Below are positions 46,840-60,385 of a stretch of DNA of 64,000 nucleotides, one piece after another. The notes below the pieces were generated by a model that was given only the letters and a program-made list of their open reading frames with translations, ran no database searches and was not told the DNA's origin. The DNA lies in assembly GCF_963921235.1 (NCBI RefSeq), contig NC_086097.1, forward strand, positions 174,408,001-174,472,000, written 5' to 3'. The stretch comes from Mobula hypostoma (taxonomy: Eukaryota). The position numbers were made by a program, and so were the translations under genes. Each line of letters begins with the position of its first letter. The first letter of the stretch is position 1.

Positions 46840-47275
46840 ATGCAAAGAAACAACAAAATAATAATAATAAACAAGTAAGCAATAAATATCAAGAACATGA
46901 GATGAACTGTCTTTGATAGTGAGTCCATATGTTGTGGGAACAGTTCAATTTTGAGGTGAGTGAAGTTATGCTCTCTAATTCAAGAACCTGATGGTTGAAG
47001 GTTAATAACTGTTTCTGAACCAGGTGGTATCGGTGCTGAAGCTCCTGTACCTCCTTCTTGATGGGAGCAGTGCAAACAGAGCATGGCCTAGAAGGTTGGG
47101 GTCTCTATTGCTGGATGCTGCTTTCCTGCGATTGTACTCCATGTAGATATGTTCAATGGTGGGGAGCACTTTAGATTGGGTTTTTTGTAGGCATTTCCCT
47201 TCAAGTGCATTGGTGTTTCCATACCAGGCCATGATGTAACTAGTCAATATAATCTCCACTGCACATCTATAGAAC
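46840..47275 (-). mobile_element. Rex1/Babar-type 3' fragment
   Basis: AWYGNTNA...GHALFALLPSRRRYRS. Confidence 0.7.
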
Positions 47276-48214
47276 TGTAGACTAAAAATCAGCGGCGTTT
47301 AGGTTTCCTAAAAGACCCCAAAGTATGTTATAAATCTAAGCAATATATTAAGCTAAGTTTTGGTACTGTATGTAATTCAGGGAACTCATTAATACCATAT
47401 TGAGCATACAGCATTGTAATAGTGTAATTTGCACCATACTATGAAGATGTTTTATAGAGGATTTTTTTAAAATTGTAAAGTTGACCTCTCAAGCATTTCT
47501 AAATTGTCAGACAATTCTTTGAATATTCAATAATAGATGAGCAAAAATTTCCTTTAATATTAAAGGCATTGTTTTCAGTCTCTACTGCAAACTCTTTCCC
47601 TCCTATGGTTAGTTCCTGAGACTAAATGGGCCATTTGTGCTGGACATGTTTGCTACCATGGTATTGTTAAACCTTCTATTTTCTCCGGCTGACTTTGTCT
47701 ATATTTAGCTCATCTGCTACTGAAATCCTCTTCATTGTAACTCTTAACCTGTGACTTGATTATTCTAAGGCATTTTGGAGGCTTTCATCTGCCAAAGGTC
47801 TCCAAACTAGTCTCAAGACTCATTTACCTCTGTAGTTGCCCTTACTATTTTCTGATTAAACAATGTTATAATTTGAAGTCCTCAAACTATTGAAGTCCTC
47901 AAACAAAGATGTCTCTGGCTACATCTCTATCTATCTTTGCAATTATGACATATTGAGAATCTTATCAGTTCCAGCTTCTTCATTATCCTCAAATTTGCTC
48001 ACTCCACCACTAAGGCCACCAAGCTTCTAAGCTTTAGAATTACTTCTCCAGATCACTGCCTCTTGAAACCATTTCACCTGTGAATATGGTTAGAGATGAA
48101 TGGTGGCTCAACAGTTACGATAGTGGACAGTCACCTAGAGGTCTGGATAGAAAATTAAGAGATTTAATTTTCTGGAAGTTAAATTCAATTAATAATCCCA
48201 AGTAAAAAAAAAGC

Positions 48215-48500
48215 GGTTGGCGCACTCCTTTACAACACCAGCAATCACCGAATAGGGTTCAATTCCCGGCTTTGTCTGTAATGAGTTTATACATTCTTCC
48301 CGTGACTGCTCGGTTTTCCTCCCACAATCCAAAGATGCACAGGTTAGGTTGAGTAGTTTGTGGGCATTCTATGTTGGTGCTGAAAGCATGGTGACACATG
48401 CTGGCTTGCCCCTAGCACATCCTCAGACTGTGTTGGATGTTGACACATATGACACATTTCAGTGTGTTTCAATGTACATGTGACAAATAAAGTTAATCTT
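48215..48500 (+). mobile_element. V-SINE-like element
   Basis: B box GGTTCAATTCC and CTCCCACAATCCAAAGATGCACAGGTTAGG domain. Confidence 0.65.
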
Positions 48501-49129
48501 ATCTTAATCATTGATAGTTCTTCCATTTGTTCAACTCCCATTTCTTAAAATAAATCTAGAACTGTCAATTGTCAATTCTGGATTCCCCAATTCCCTACCG
48601 CTCTTGTTAGGATTGCTACACTGGGTAGAAGAGTTCTCCTGAATGTAATGCAGAAATTCTGTGACCTTTATATGTATCTGACACAGATTGTTTCCCAGTT
48701 AATAGTTGGTTAAATGAAATATCCCTGTTACTCTTTCACTGCATTTCCCTTGTTGGAAATTTGCATACAGTTTTACTGTTCTGTCTCTCTGCTTCAGCGC
48801 TGGTAGTACATTTGGAAGATCTTTTGTCAGAACTGTGAAAGAAACAAAAGCTTGTTAAACTATAAAAGGGGGTGGGGTGGGGGTGAACGTCACCGGGTGA
48901 CTAAGAGGAAATGCTGTAAAGAAAGTTATTTGGTCAATGATTGAATGAGAGGACTTAGAGACTGAGAACGTAGACAAAAGAACATAGCAATTGCAAAATA
49001 GAGAAAGAAGACATGACCAGCACTTTATACTGAGCGTGTCCACAATTACCAGAGAGGAGAAAATGATAAAATGAAAGTAAGAAGGGAAAAAATAACGAAC
49101 AACTGAGTTAACTGTCACTCCACAGATGT

Positions 49130-50370
49130 TTCACTGATAAGGGCAGAGCTCAAGTAGCTTGAATATGTAGAATTCCATATTGATTCCAGAAGGCTGCTGT
49201 GTACCCAGGTGGAAGATGAGGTGCTGTTCCTCAGGTTTGTATTTGGGATTATTGTAACATAACAGGAGGCCATAGACTGAAGTTTGAGTAGGATGGAGAA
49301 TAAAAATTGTAGAAAATGGGAAACTCAGGGTCACCCCCATGGACTGAACTTGGGTGTTTTGTTGCAAAGTGATCACATGATTTGCATGTGGTTTCTCCAA
49401 TGTGAAGGAGACTATGTTTGAGCGTAGTCCACTAGACTGGAAGAAATAAAGTAAATTATTGCTTCACTTGGAAAGGTTGTTTGGTCCCAGGGTGGTGGTA
49501 GGAGAACAGGTAAAAGCACAAGAGTTGCATTACTGCCAATAACAAGAAAAATATTGTAAGTAGGGAGTTGTTACTGGGAATGGAATAATGAACCAGGGAC
49601 TAGTCCCTGCAAAAAGCTGAAAAATAAAGCGAAGAAGATGTGTCTGGTGGTGCAATCTTTCTGATGGTGGTGGGAATTATGGATTATGATCTATTAAATG
49701 CATACTTTGGTGGGGTGGAAGGAAATACTCAGGGGAACTCTGCTCTTGTTCTGACCTGGAGGAGAGGTGGTGAGAGTAGAAGGCTGAGAAATTGATGACC
49801 TGTGGCCAAGGCCTTTATTAACAATGGTAGAGGGGAAGCCATGCCTCAGGAACAAGGAAGACATTTCAGAGGAATATGTATGGAAAATCAAAGCAAATAC
49901 AATGGAGATGGTGGAAATAGGAAGCAGTGTGGGGAGAAGTGTGGTTGAGATAACTGAAGGAGTCAGTAAGCATGTAATGGATGTTAGTTGCTCGTCCAGC
50001 TCCTGAGATAGAGACCAAGAGATCCAGAAAAGAGATTGATTAAGTGATGGTATGGACAAGATGGAAATTGGCAGCAAAAGTAATCAAATTATTGAGTTCT
50101 GCATGAGTACAGGAAGAAAGCAGTACCAAAGCAGTAATCGATTCCACCAGAAGGAGAGTTGAAAGAGTGGACCAGCAGGGAGTTGAAACAAAGACTATTC
50201 CACATACCCAATGATAAAGACAGGTCTTGTTATCCCAACCTGGAACATCTAATGATTAAGCACCAACTGTTCTACTTACTGAGAGAGTTCTTTGCTGTGA
50301 TCCTGATTGCAGTTTATATACTGCTAAAGACAGATGTTAAGCAAACACTCGATGAATTGAGTGTCATGAT
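49130..50370 (-). mobile_element. Degraded Penelope-like RT/GIY-YIG remnant
   Basis: SEMSSLFLRHGFPSTIV, RVPLSISFHPT, EEQHLIFHLGTQQPSGINMEF. Confidence 0.75.
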
Positions 50371-50377
50371 TAGGAAA

Positions 50378-50624
50378 TAGTCATAGTCATACTTTATTGA
50401 TCCCGGGGGAAATTGGTTTTCGTTACAGTTGCACCATAAATAATAAATAGTAATAAAAGCATAAATATTTAAATAGTAATATGTAAATTATGCCAGGAAA
50501 TAAGTCCAGGACCAGCCTATCGGCTCAGGGTGTCTGACCCTCCAAGGGAGGAGCTGTAAAGTTTGATGGCCACAGGCAGGAATGACTTTCTATGACACTC
50601 TGTGTTGCATCTCGGTGGAATGAG
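50378..50624 (-). mobile_element. 5'-truncated young Rex1-type copy
   Basis: Matches the 3' end of 61525-63225, including the (GACTAT)n tail. Confidence 0.85.
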
Positions 50625-50759
50625 GTGAAACAAGGAACAGCCTACCCCAAGCATTTTCAGATCCTTGGTGGGGAGTTCAGTTAGGCTAGCTTCAAGAAAT
50701 CTCTGCCCAATTGTCATCAGCGTATCACCTGGAGCACAAGGGGGCCCATCTGCATACAG

Positions 50760-52870
50760 GCAGAGGCTGAAGAGCTAGGCACTCGATGTAGGGACAATTA
50801 AGAGGTGGTTGTGGGAGGCAATGGAGTGGCTACGGGATTGCTTTGAGTCAGTGGACTAGGCCATGTTCAAGGACTCATCAGAGGGTTTGAGTGAATATGC
50901 CTAGATTTTCATGGACTGTAAAGGCACTTGGGGATGAGTGCGTCTCCACAAAATCATTCGGGTCTACCTTATCAGAAGCTCTGGATGAACTAAGAGATCT
51001 GCAATCTGTTGAAGCCTCGATCAGTTGCATTCAGGTCTGGCCATCAAGGAGCATGTAAGAGGTCCAGATAGTAACCTGTAGAAAGCAATCTCACATGCAA
51101 AGTGACAATTTGGACCAAACCTGAATCACGGAGGGATGCTTAACAGCTGTGGCAGGGCTTGAATGCTATCATGTTCTACAAAGTAAAACCAAGTGACATA
51201 TATGACAACAAGGGTTTGCTCCCAGATGAGCTCAATGTTTTTCATGCTCACTTTGACTGTCAGAACTCGGAGGCAACTTAAGAAACTCCTGGAGCCCCCA
51301 ACGACTCTGTGATGAGAGAGCATCTGTTGGAGGGTGAATCCACAGAAAGCATCTGGCCCAGGCAGTGTACCTGGCCAAGTACTGAAGACCTGTGCTACTC
51401 CACTGGCGGGAGTGTTTACTGACATCTTTAACCTCTTGGTTCAGCAGTCTCAGGTACCCACCTTCAATCATACCAGTGCCCAAGAAGAATGTGGTAACCT
51501 GTCTCAATGAATATTGTCCAGGAGCACTTGAATCCACTGAGATGAAGTGCTTTGAGAGGTTGGTCATCAAACATATTAACTCCTGCCTGAGGAGTGACTT
51601 AGATCTACTTAAATTTGCTTAGTGTTACAATAGATCAACAGCAAATGCTATTTTATTGGCTCTTCACTCACCCCTGGAACATCTGGACACGATCATCCCC
51701 TCAGAACTATTCAATAAGCTCCAAGACCTAGACTTCAATACCTCCTTGTGCAACTGGATCCTCAATTTCCTCACTTGCAGATCCCAGTCAATTCAAATTG
51801 ACACCAACGCCTCCTCCACAATCACTATCAGCAGAAAACAACGTGCTTAGCCCCCTGCTCTACTCGCTTTGTATTTATGACTGTGAGGCTAAGTACAGCT
51901 CCAATGCCTTATTCAAGTTTGCTGACGACAGCACTGTTGGCCAAATCAAAGTTGATGACAAATTGACATATTGGAGGGAGATTGAAACAATGGTTAAATA
52001 GTACCACAGCAACAGCCTCTCACTCGACGTTACAAAAACCAAAGAGCTGGTTGTTGACGATAAGAGGAGGAAACTGGAGGTCTGTGAGCCAGTCCTCATT
52101 AGGGGATTGGAGGTGGAGAGGATAAGTAACATTAAATTCTTTGGCATTATCATTTCAGAGATTGGTCCTGGGACCAGCACATTAGTGCCATTATAGAGAA
52201 GGCATAGCAGCACCTCGATTTTTTTTAATATATATAAAAGTTTGCGCAGATTCGACATGACATCTAAAACTTTGACAAACCTCTATAGATGTACAGTGGT
52301 GAGCATTCTGACTAGTTGCTTCACAGCCTGGTATGGAAACACTAATACCCATGAACAGAAAAGCCTCCAAAAAGAAGTGGATACTGCCCTGTCCATCTCA
52401 GGAAAAGCCCTCCCCACTATTGAGAATAAGTACAAGGAGTGCTACCACAAGGAAGTAGCATCCATTATTCAGGACCCCCACCATCCAGGCCATGCCCTAT
52501 TCTTGCTGTTGCCCTCAGGAAGGAGGTACAGGAGCCTTACCACCAGGTTCAGAAATATTTGCTACCTTTCAACCATCAGAGTCCTGAACCAGTATGATTA
52601 ACTTCACTTACCTCAACAATGAACTGATTCCATAACTTATGGACTCACTTTCAAGGACTCTACAACTCATGTTCTCAAAAAGATTTAATATTTATTTATT
52701 TATTTATTTATTTATTTACTTACTTTTATTTGTACAATTTGTCTTTTTTAGTTTTTCATTGATTCCATTGTATCTCTTTGTATCTACTGTGAATACCCGC
52801 AAGAAAATAAATTTCAAGGTAGTAGATGGTGACATATACATACCTTGATAATAAATTTACTTTGAATTTT
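50760..52870 (+). mobile_element. Degraded Rex1/Babar-type LINE ORF2
   Basis: IIPVPKKNVVTCLNEY, MKCFERLV, FKFADDS, HHPGHALFLLLPSGRRY. Confidence 0.82.
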
Positions 52871-52879
52871 GAACTGTAG

Positions 52880-54370
52880 CTACATCTATGGTCAGGACAT
52901 TACACCACATCTACTTCCTTTTCCCTTTTTAGCATTTCTCTGACCACTCCTTTCAGAGTTTCCTAGTCAATCCTCCATTTCCTGGCACTCATTCCTCCTC
53001 TTATGGCACTTAACCCTTGCATCCACAGGTAATGCATACTTCTCCTTTCACCTCTTTGTTTCCCATTATTGAGGACCTGAACAGTATTTTCAGGTGAACC
53101 AATGATTAATTTGAACTTCTTCCAATCCAGCATACTGCATTCACATTGTGGGCTTGTCTATACTGGAAGGAAAGACAAACAGAGTTTTGCAAAATGCTTC
53201 CCATTGCCAGCTTCTTTAATCCTCTATCCCACTGCCACTCTGACTTGTCGGCCTGTTCTATTGTATTAAGGCTCAATTATCATCATTGTCAGGTGCCATG
53301 CCCAGTTTGAGCTTTGACTGCCATGGCCCACACATTCCTGTTTCGGGTTAAGTGTATCAATTCATTGGTATTCATTTCCAATTCTCTGGCTGCTGTCTCC
53401 ATCATCATTTGTCTTTGTCTTCCTCTTGCTTTCTTCCCTTCAATCTTTCCCATAATTACTGTGCATTCTAACTCCTCTTTCCTAATCACACGTTCAATGA
53501 AGTTACGTTGCCTGTTCATGATCTCATACATTATTTCTCTTTTTGTGTTTGCTCTGTTCATGACATCATCATTAGATATTCGTTTTGTCCATGATATTCT
53601 TTGCATCTTCCTCAAACACCACATCTCTGCTGCTACAATTTGTTCCCTCATGTTACTAGATATTGTCTAACATTCTGAGCCATATAACATAACTGGATAA
53701 ATGTAACATTTCAGTACTCTGAGGTGGGTTGTCATGCCTAGTTTAGTATTGGTCAGTATACTCTTCATTCTCATAAAGGTGTCTTTTGCCATCCCTATTC
53801 TTCTTTTGATGTTCAAGTCGCACCTGCCATCTGATGTCACGCAGCTTCCTAAGTACAAGGCTCAATACAGGCTTGAGAAGCTGCACTTCATCTTCTGTCT
53901 GGGCGCGTTATAGCCTTCTGGACTCAATGTTGAATTTGAGAGTTTCAGGTCACTTGATTGTCATCCATTTGTGATATTGGCTCATTTCTATTGTTGTTTC
54001 TTCTTTTTTTCTTTCTGGGAGTGTGAGATATATTCAACCTGATCTGTCTTAAAGCACTGTGTTCTCAACTTCCACATCCTTTTATCTATTTTTTGTTTTC
54101 GCTCTCACTTTCTAACTGCTTCAATTCACTCATTGATCAGTTAACTTTGTCTACAGCCTATCCCTTAGCACACCAGTTATACCCTGTCAGAGACATATTC
54201 CCTTCCCCCAACCCTCTCTTCAGCTTTGCAACCTTCTTTTGTATCCCTCCCAATCTGATGGAGTCTTTGACCTAAAACATTAGCTCCATTTCTCTTCCCG
54301 CTGATGTAGCCTGGCCTGATGAGCATTTCCAGCAGTTTTGCTTTTTATTTCAGATTTCTAGCCTCTGAAG
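52880..54370 (+). mobile_element. Degraded Penelope-like 3' region hosting an RTE
   Basis: Decayed GIY-YIG-region similarity (LHFIFCLGAL.PSGLNVEF) and pLTR-like tail. Confidence 0.6.
53278..53856 (-). mobile_element. 5'-truncated RTE-clade LINE with 10-bp TSD
   Basis: YLGSCVTSDGRC..IKRRIGMAK, MLYGSEC, AAEMWCLRKMQRISW, GKIEGKKARGRQR; AAGGCTCAAT at 53268-53277 and 53857-53866. Confidence 0.92.
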
Positions 54371-56239
54371 TGGAATCACTTGTTTATCCCCAATGATTAC
54401 AGATTTGAGTTAAAATTTTACTTTAAAGAATGCTAATTTCTACATCTAAGGGATGGACTTTTGCTTTGGTCTTATTAAAGGTAGTGCCCAAATCTTCATA
54501 TTACAGTATAAAATGTATTAGCTTTTAAGGTTGTGCGATTGCGTTGTTTTTTGTTGGCCATGAAAAGCTGCCAGTAAGTCTTCATATTTTGGCAGCCTCT
54601 TGTGGTTCTAATTGGTAATGCTGTGCTATTTTCAACTTGTTCTTTGTACTTTTAGAAAACTGTTAAGATGTGGCATTTTACAAAAACCACAAAATCCTTC
54701 AGTGTGCCCAATTTGTGATGATTGGGACACTTCTCTTTTTTATTGGGAAATCAATTATGAAATTAAAGTTTGCTGGTTTTGTAACTTATTCAAGAAGTTT
54801 AACACCATAATCATTATATTGGAAGATCAATGGAGAAACTAAAGCTGTTATAGTTTCACACAAAGTTTAATAGCAAATGTAAAGCAACCAAGGATTCAAG
54901 ACTTTTCTCAATAACTATGGAGGAAAGTAAACAAAATGAAAGTTTAGACAGATTCTCAGTTCATTTATGGTATTTACAATTTTCATGGTAAGCTCACAGT
55001 AATCTGTGATCTCCATTGAATATATTAAGCAAAAGAATAAGATTGATATGGTTTGTAGAAAGACTCAATTGTGATTGAGCTTTGCTGGAGGAGAAAGAAG
55101 ATAGAAGTAAACCCAAAAGGAAAGGAAAGCCATAGATCATTGAGAGAGAAACTCATCATAAAGCCCTATTTAATAGCTGATGTGGAGGAAATGCTGCTTG
55201 AGGGTCTTTCATAAATGTGATACATGATCTATCCATGTCCTTTACCCACTCTCCATATTGGAGTTCACCTTTAAGGCATTAGACTCAAATTACAGGTTAA
55301 TCAGCAAACAAGGCAGTTTTTATCAATCTTCAGATGTGGATAAGAGCACAGAGGACCTTTGGCTTGGTTTGACCATCTTTACATCCCCTTGTTAACCTTC
55401 TCCCAAGCTCTTAGTATGGTGAGGTAACTATAGTAAGAATATTTAGTATATTGAGTTCACCTTTATGCATCTCAATATTGTCATCCTGCAGAGGTAAAAA
55501 TAAATTACAACAATTTAGAGTCAGAATCAAATTTATTACTACTGATATATCTCACGAAATTTGATGTTTTGTGGCGCATTACAGTTCCATATATTAAAAA
55601 ACTACAAGTTACAACAAGATTCAAAGTACATTTATTATTAAAGCATTTATACAGAATAGAGCTCCAAGATTCATCCTCCCACAGGCAGCCACAAAGCAAA
55701 GAAACAAAGAAACACCATGGAACCCATTCCAGAAAACACCAAGCGCAAAAAAACCAGATAGTAAAAACAGTAAAAAATGAGTGAACAACACAGAATATCA
55801 AACGCCAAACCAGGAGTCCAGTAGTATTGAGTTTAGTTCAGTTCAATGCTGCACCACTAACCGACCACAGGGTGCATTCTTCACTGAAGTGCCCAGGTCC
55901 ACATTGATCAAACTGCTTAAAAACAGCAAAAAAATGAATAACGAGAATCCAAAAACACATGCAACATGAACCTCGAAGTCCCCCAAAACGAGTCCCCAGC
56001 CTCACCGATCAATCCTTGCAATATGAATCCCAAGCCTCCTGCCCTTTCCTTCGAAAGCAGCTAGTAAGAGGGAGAGGACGGCTGGTCAAACGCAGACAGA
56101 CAGCGCTGAACACCCCACCTCCCATCCTCTACTCTTGTCCTCATTGGCTTCAATCTTGCTTGACGACTCAGTCAGAGAGAAGAAATTGGGTTGATCCTGG
56201 GCTCACGCCCTGTCTTCAGACCTTCAGGCTGCACACTCT

Positions 56240-58300
56240 CAGAATCAGAATCAGGTTTATTATCACCAGCATGTTTCATGAAATTTGTTAACTTAACAGC
56301 AGCAGTTCAATGCAATAGATATTATAGAAAAGAGAAAAAGAATAAATAAATTTATTACTTTATACATATATTGAATAGATTAAAATTGTGCAAAAAACAA
56401 AAGTAATATATATTAAAAAAGTGAGGTAATGTTCAACGGAAGCTGTTCCTGAATCGCTGAGTGGTGTACTTTCAGGCTTCTGTACCTCCTACCTGATGGT
56501 AACAGTGAGAAAAGGACATGCCCTGGGTGCTGGAGGTCCTTAATAATGGATGCTGCCTTTCTGAGACACCGCTCCCTAAAGATGTCCTGGGTACTTTGTA
56601 GGCCAGTGCCCAAGATGGAGCTGACTAAATTTTCAACCCTCTGCAGCTTATTTCAGTCCTGTGCAGTAGCTCCCCCACCACCCCAACCAGACAGTGATGC
56701 AGCCTGTCAGAATGCCCTCCACGGTACATCTACAGATATTTTTGAATGTTTTTGTTGACATACCACATCTCTTCCAACTCCTAATGAGTATAGTCACTGT
56801 CTTACCTTTTTTATAGCTGCATCGATATGTTGGGACCAGGTGAGGTCCTCAGAGATCTTGACACCCAGGAACTTGAAACTGCTCACTCTCTCCACTTCTG
56901 ATCCCTCTATGAGGATTGGTATGTGTTCCTTTGTCTTACCCTTCCTGAAGTCCACAATCAGCTCTTTGGTCTTACTGATGTTGAGTGCCAGGTCGTTGCT
57001 GCGACACCCTCCACTAGTTGGCATATCTTGCTCCTGTACGCCCTCTCATCACCATCTGAGATTCTACCAACAATGGTTGTATCATCAGCAAATTTATAGA
57101 TAGTTTTTTAGCTATGCCTAGCCACACAGTCATAGGTACTGTGGCATGCAAAAGTTTGGGCAGCCCTGGTCACAGAACTGGAAGTCTTTTGCAAGGAAGA
57201 ATGGGCAAAAATCCCCCAAATAAGAATTGAAAGACTCTTAGCTGGCTACAAAAAGCGTTTACAAGCTGTGATACTTGCCAAAGGGAGTGTTACTAAGTGC
57301 TGCCATGCAGGGTGCCCAAACTTTTGCTTTGGGCCCTTTTCTTTTTTTGTTATTTTGAAACTGTAAAAGATGGAAATAAAGAAGTTTTCTTGCTTAAAAT
57401 ATTGAAGAAATGTGTCATCTTTAACTTTATGCCTTTTGGAAATCAGTTCATCTTTTACTCGCTTAGTTATTCACAGTAACAGAAATTTTGACCGGGGTGC
57501 CCAAACTTTTGCATGCCACAGTATATAGAGAGTAGAGCAGTGGGCTAAGTACATACCCATGAGGTGCACCAGTGTTGGTCGTCAACAAGGAGTAGATGTT
57601 ATCACCAATCCGCACAGATTGTGTCCTCGGTGTCAAGATCTCTGAGGACCTAACCTGGTTCCAACATATGAATGTAGTCATAAGAAGGCAAGACAGTGGC
57701 TATACTTTATTAGGAGTTTGAAGAGATTTGGCATGTCAATAAATACACTCAAAAACTTCTATAGATGTACTGTGGAGAGCATTCTGACAAGCTGCATCAC
57801 TGTCTGGTATGGAGGGGCTACTGTACAGGACTGAAAGAAGTTGTAGAAGGTTGTAAATCTAGTCAGCTCCATCTTGGCACTAGCCTACAAAGTACCCAGG
57901 ACATCTTTAGGGAATGGTGTCTCAGAAAGGCAGGGTCCATTATTAAGGACCTCCAGCAACCAGGGCATGCCCTTTTCTCATTGTTACCATCAGGAAGGAG
58001 ATACAGAAGCCTGATGGCACACACTCAGTGATTCAGGAACAGTTTCTTCCCCTCTGCTATCCAATTCCTGAATGGACATTGAAGCTTTGGACACTACCTC
58101 ACTTTTTTAATATACAGTGTTTCTGTTTTTGCACATTTTATAAACATCTATTCAATATACGTAATTGATTTACTTGATTATTTATTATTATGTTTTATTT
58201 CATTTTTTTTCTCTCTGCTAGATTATGTATTGCATTGAACTGCTGCTGCTGCGTTAACAAATTTCACGTCACATGCCGGCGATAATAAACCTGATTCTGA
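56240..58300. mobile_element. Two Rex1/Babar-type copies in divergent orientation (minus 56240-~57620, plus ~57621-58300)
   Basis: Each copy has its own (CTGATT)n tail at the outer end and both encode QSTQDIFRE.CLRKA..IIKDLQ. Confidence 0.85.
57139..57521 (+). mobile_element. Tc1-derived miniature element
   Basis: TA|CTGTGGCATGCAAAAGTTTGGGCA ... TGCCCAAACTTTTGCATGCCACAG|TA; internal FCKEEWAKIP..RLQAVILAKG. Confidence 0.9.
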
Positions 58301-59240
58301 TCCTGATCCAATTGCAGAGAGGTACAGAGGCCCAGGTTCTGTAACTTCTCATTCAGGATTATGGGAGTGATGGTATTAAATGCTGAACTATAGTCGATGA
58401 ACAAAATCCTGACATAGGTGTTTGTGTTGTCCAGGTGGTCTAACACCGTATGAAGAGCCATTGAGATTGCAACTGCCGTTGACCTATTGTGGTGATCGGC
58501 AAATTGCAATGGGTTCAGGTCCGTGCTGAGGCAGAAGTTCAGTCTCGTCATGACCAATTTCTCAAGGCATTTCAACACTGTAGATATGAGTGCTACTGGG
58601 TGATGGTCATTAAGGCAGCTTACATTATTCTTCTTAGGCACTGGTATAATTGTTGCCTTAATGAAGCAAGTGGGAATTTCTGCCTGTAGCAGTGAGAGGT
58701 TGAACCAACAATAAGAAATATCTTAAGAAGAGTGAAAAAGTGAGCAATATAGTGACGAAGTGTTTGTGGGTTCATGGACGAGTCAGAAATCTGTTGGCAG
58801 AGGAGAAGAAACTGTTTTTAGAATGTTGAGTGTCTGTCTTCACGTACCTGTTCCTCCTACTCGATGGTAGTAATGAGAAGAAGGCATGTCCCTGATTGTG
58901 AGGGTCTTTAAAGATGAATGCTGCCTTCCTGAGACACTGCCTTTTGAAGATGCCTTTGAAGGGTTGTGCCCATGATGGAGCTGCTTGAGTCTACAACCCT
59001 TTGCAGCTTCTCTCCTCAAACACCTAATGAAGTATAGCCATTGGTATGCCTTAATCATGTTTCCTGAACATGTTGGGCCCAGGATAGATCCTTAGACATT
59101 GATCCCCAGGAACTTGAAGCTGCTCATCTTTTCCACTGCTGACCCCTCAGTGAAGACTGATGTCTATTCTCCCAACTTACCCTTTCTGAAGTCACAATTA
59201 ATTCATTGGTGATACTGATGCTGAAAGCGAGATTGTTGTT
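58301..59240 (-). mobile_element. Rex1/Babar-type RT fragments
   Basis: PVALISTVLKCLEKLV, VRILFIDYSSAFNTI. Confidence 0.75.
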
Positions 59241-59429
59241 GAAATCAAAATGGATTATGAATATGTAAGTTCATTGTACTAATGTGTTATTTCCCATAAC
59301 TTCAATTAAACTCAAATAGTGTGATTTTAAAATGGTTAGCACAAATGAACATGGTTGCAGATATATAGACTAATGGTATGATGATCAGTGAGTGGCTATT
59401 AATTTGAGGAAATTGAAAATTGATCAAAG

Positions 59430-59670
59430 GTGGCATGGTAACATAGCTACTGTAATCCTATTACAGCACCAGCAACCTGAGTTCATTTCCACCACTCTCA
59501 GTAAGGAATTTCTACATTCTCCCTGTGACTGTGTGGGTTTCTTCCAGGTGCTCTTGTTTCTTCCCATATTCCAAAGATGTATGAATTACTCGGTCAATTA
59601 GTCACAGGGATGTACAAACGTAATTGAATGGCCAGGAGCACCTTTTACTGTGCTATATCTCTAAAATAAA
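59430..59670 (+). mobile_element. Degraded V-SINE-like element
   Basis: GAGTTCATTTCC; TGTGTGGGTTTCTTCCAGGTGCTC..CCCATATTCCAAAGATG; A-rich tail. Confidence 0.65.
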
Positions 59671-60247
59671 AACAAATAAAATAAATTATCCTTCTGAAGG
59701 AAATTGAATGGTATAGTTATATCACAGAAACTGTGGAAAGCATAACAAACAATAATAAGGCTTATAAGTCAGTTTGTAATTTATTTGGAAGTAGAGATTT
59801 GGTTAATTCATCAACTGTATTCTCAAAAAATAAGAATCAGTGGGAGTAATTACTGAGGTGGGAAATGACCCTGGCACGAAACAGCACTTTGTTAGTTTTT
59901 ATCTGTTCAGGAAGGCTCTTTAGTTCTACTAAGCAGGTTAAAAATGGAAAGTTTCTCTGGAGACTGATAAACAATAATAGATAAAAATAAAGCATGAAGT
60001 GGTCAATGAAGCTCAGTTTGCACAGAGGAAATTTAATGGGAAATAGTTACATTGGTTGCAGATGGACTTGTTTCCTGAACCTCATTCCTGATAGAAATTC
60101 TAGAGCTGTAAAAGGTTTATACATCAGATTTACAGTAAGATAGAAAAGGTGAATTAAAGGATTTGTTTGTTTGACTGCACTAAAACTCAGATGATGCTGA
60201 TTTCCGTGTCCAACTGATTTTCCCCTTCCTTTTCTCTTTTAAAATAG

Positions 60248-60385
60248 GCTATTTTTATGATTCCCACCAACCCACCACCAACATTCCGGAAGCCAGAACT
60301 TTGGTCAGATGAGTTCACAGATTTTGTTAAGAAGTGTCTAGTGAAGAATCCAGAGCAAAGAACAACTGCCACACAACTATTACAG
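60248..60385 (+). CDS. STK3: Internal coding exon (138 nt, phase 0/0) of STE20-like kinase STK3/MST2, C-terminal lobe of the kinase domain
   Basis: Polypyrimidine tract and TAG acceptor (60245-60247); frame reads [48 protein letters not shown] donor at 60386. This matches the MST1/2 exon as I recall it, and KKCLVKNPE fits STK3 rather than STK4 (KQCLVKSPE). Confidence 0.93.

Larger units (their letters stand above)
1..60247 (+). other. STK3: Large intron upstream of the STK3 exon (preceding exon lies outside the window)
   Basis: The expected preceding exon (GTPFWMAPE...IHPMR) was not seen anywhere upstream; the region is TE-rich non-coding DNA. Confidence 0.75.

Noticed and set aside
52689..52720. 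(ATTT)n tract as a regulatory element
   Set aside because: Ordinary microsatellite in a LINE 3'UTR.
60187..60372. 61-aa minus-strand ORF over the exon
   Set aside because: Antisense shadow of the STK3 exon.
60248..60385. Assignment to STK4/MST1 or to a processed pseudogene
   Set aside because: Diagnostic residues fit STK3; canonical splice sites bound exactly one exon.
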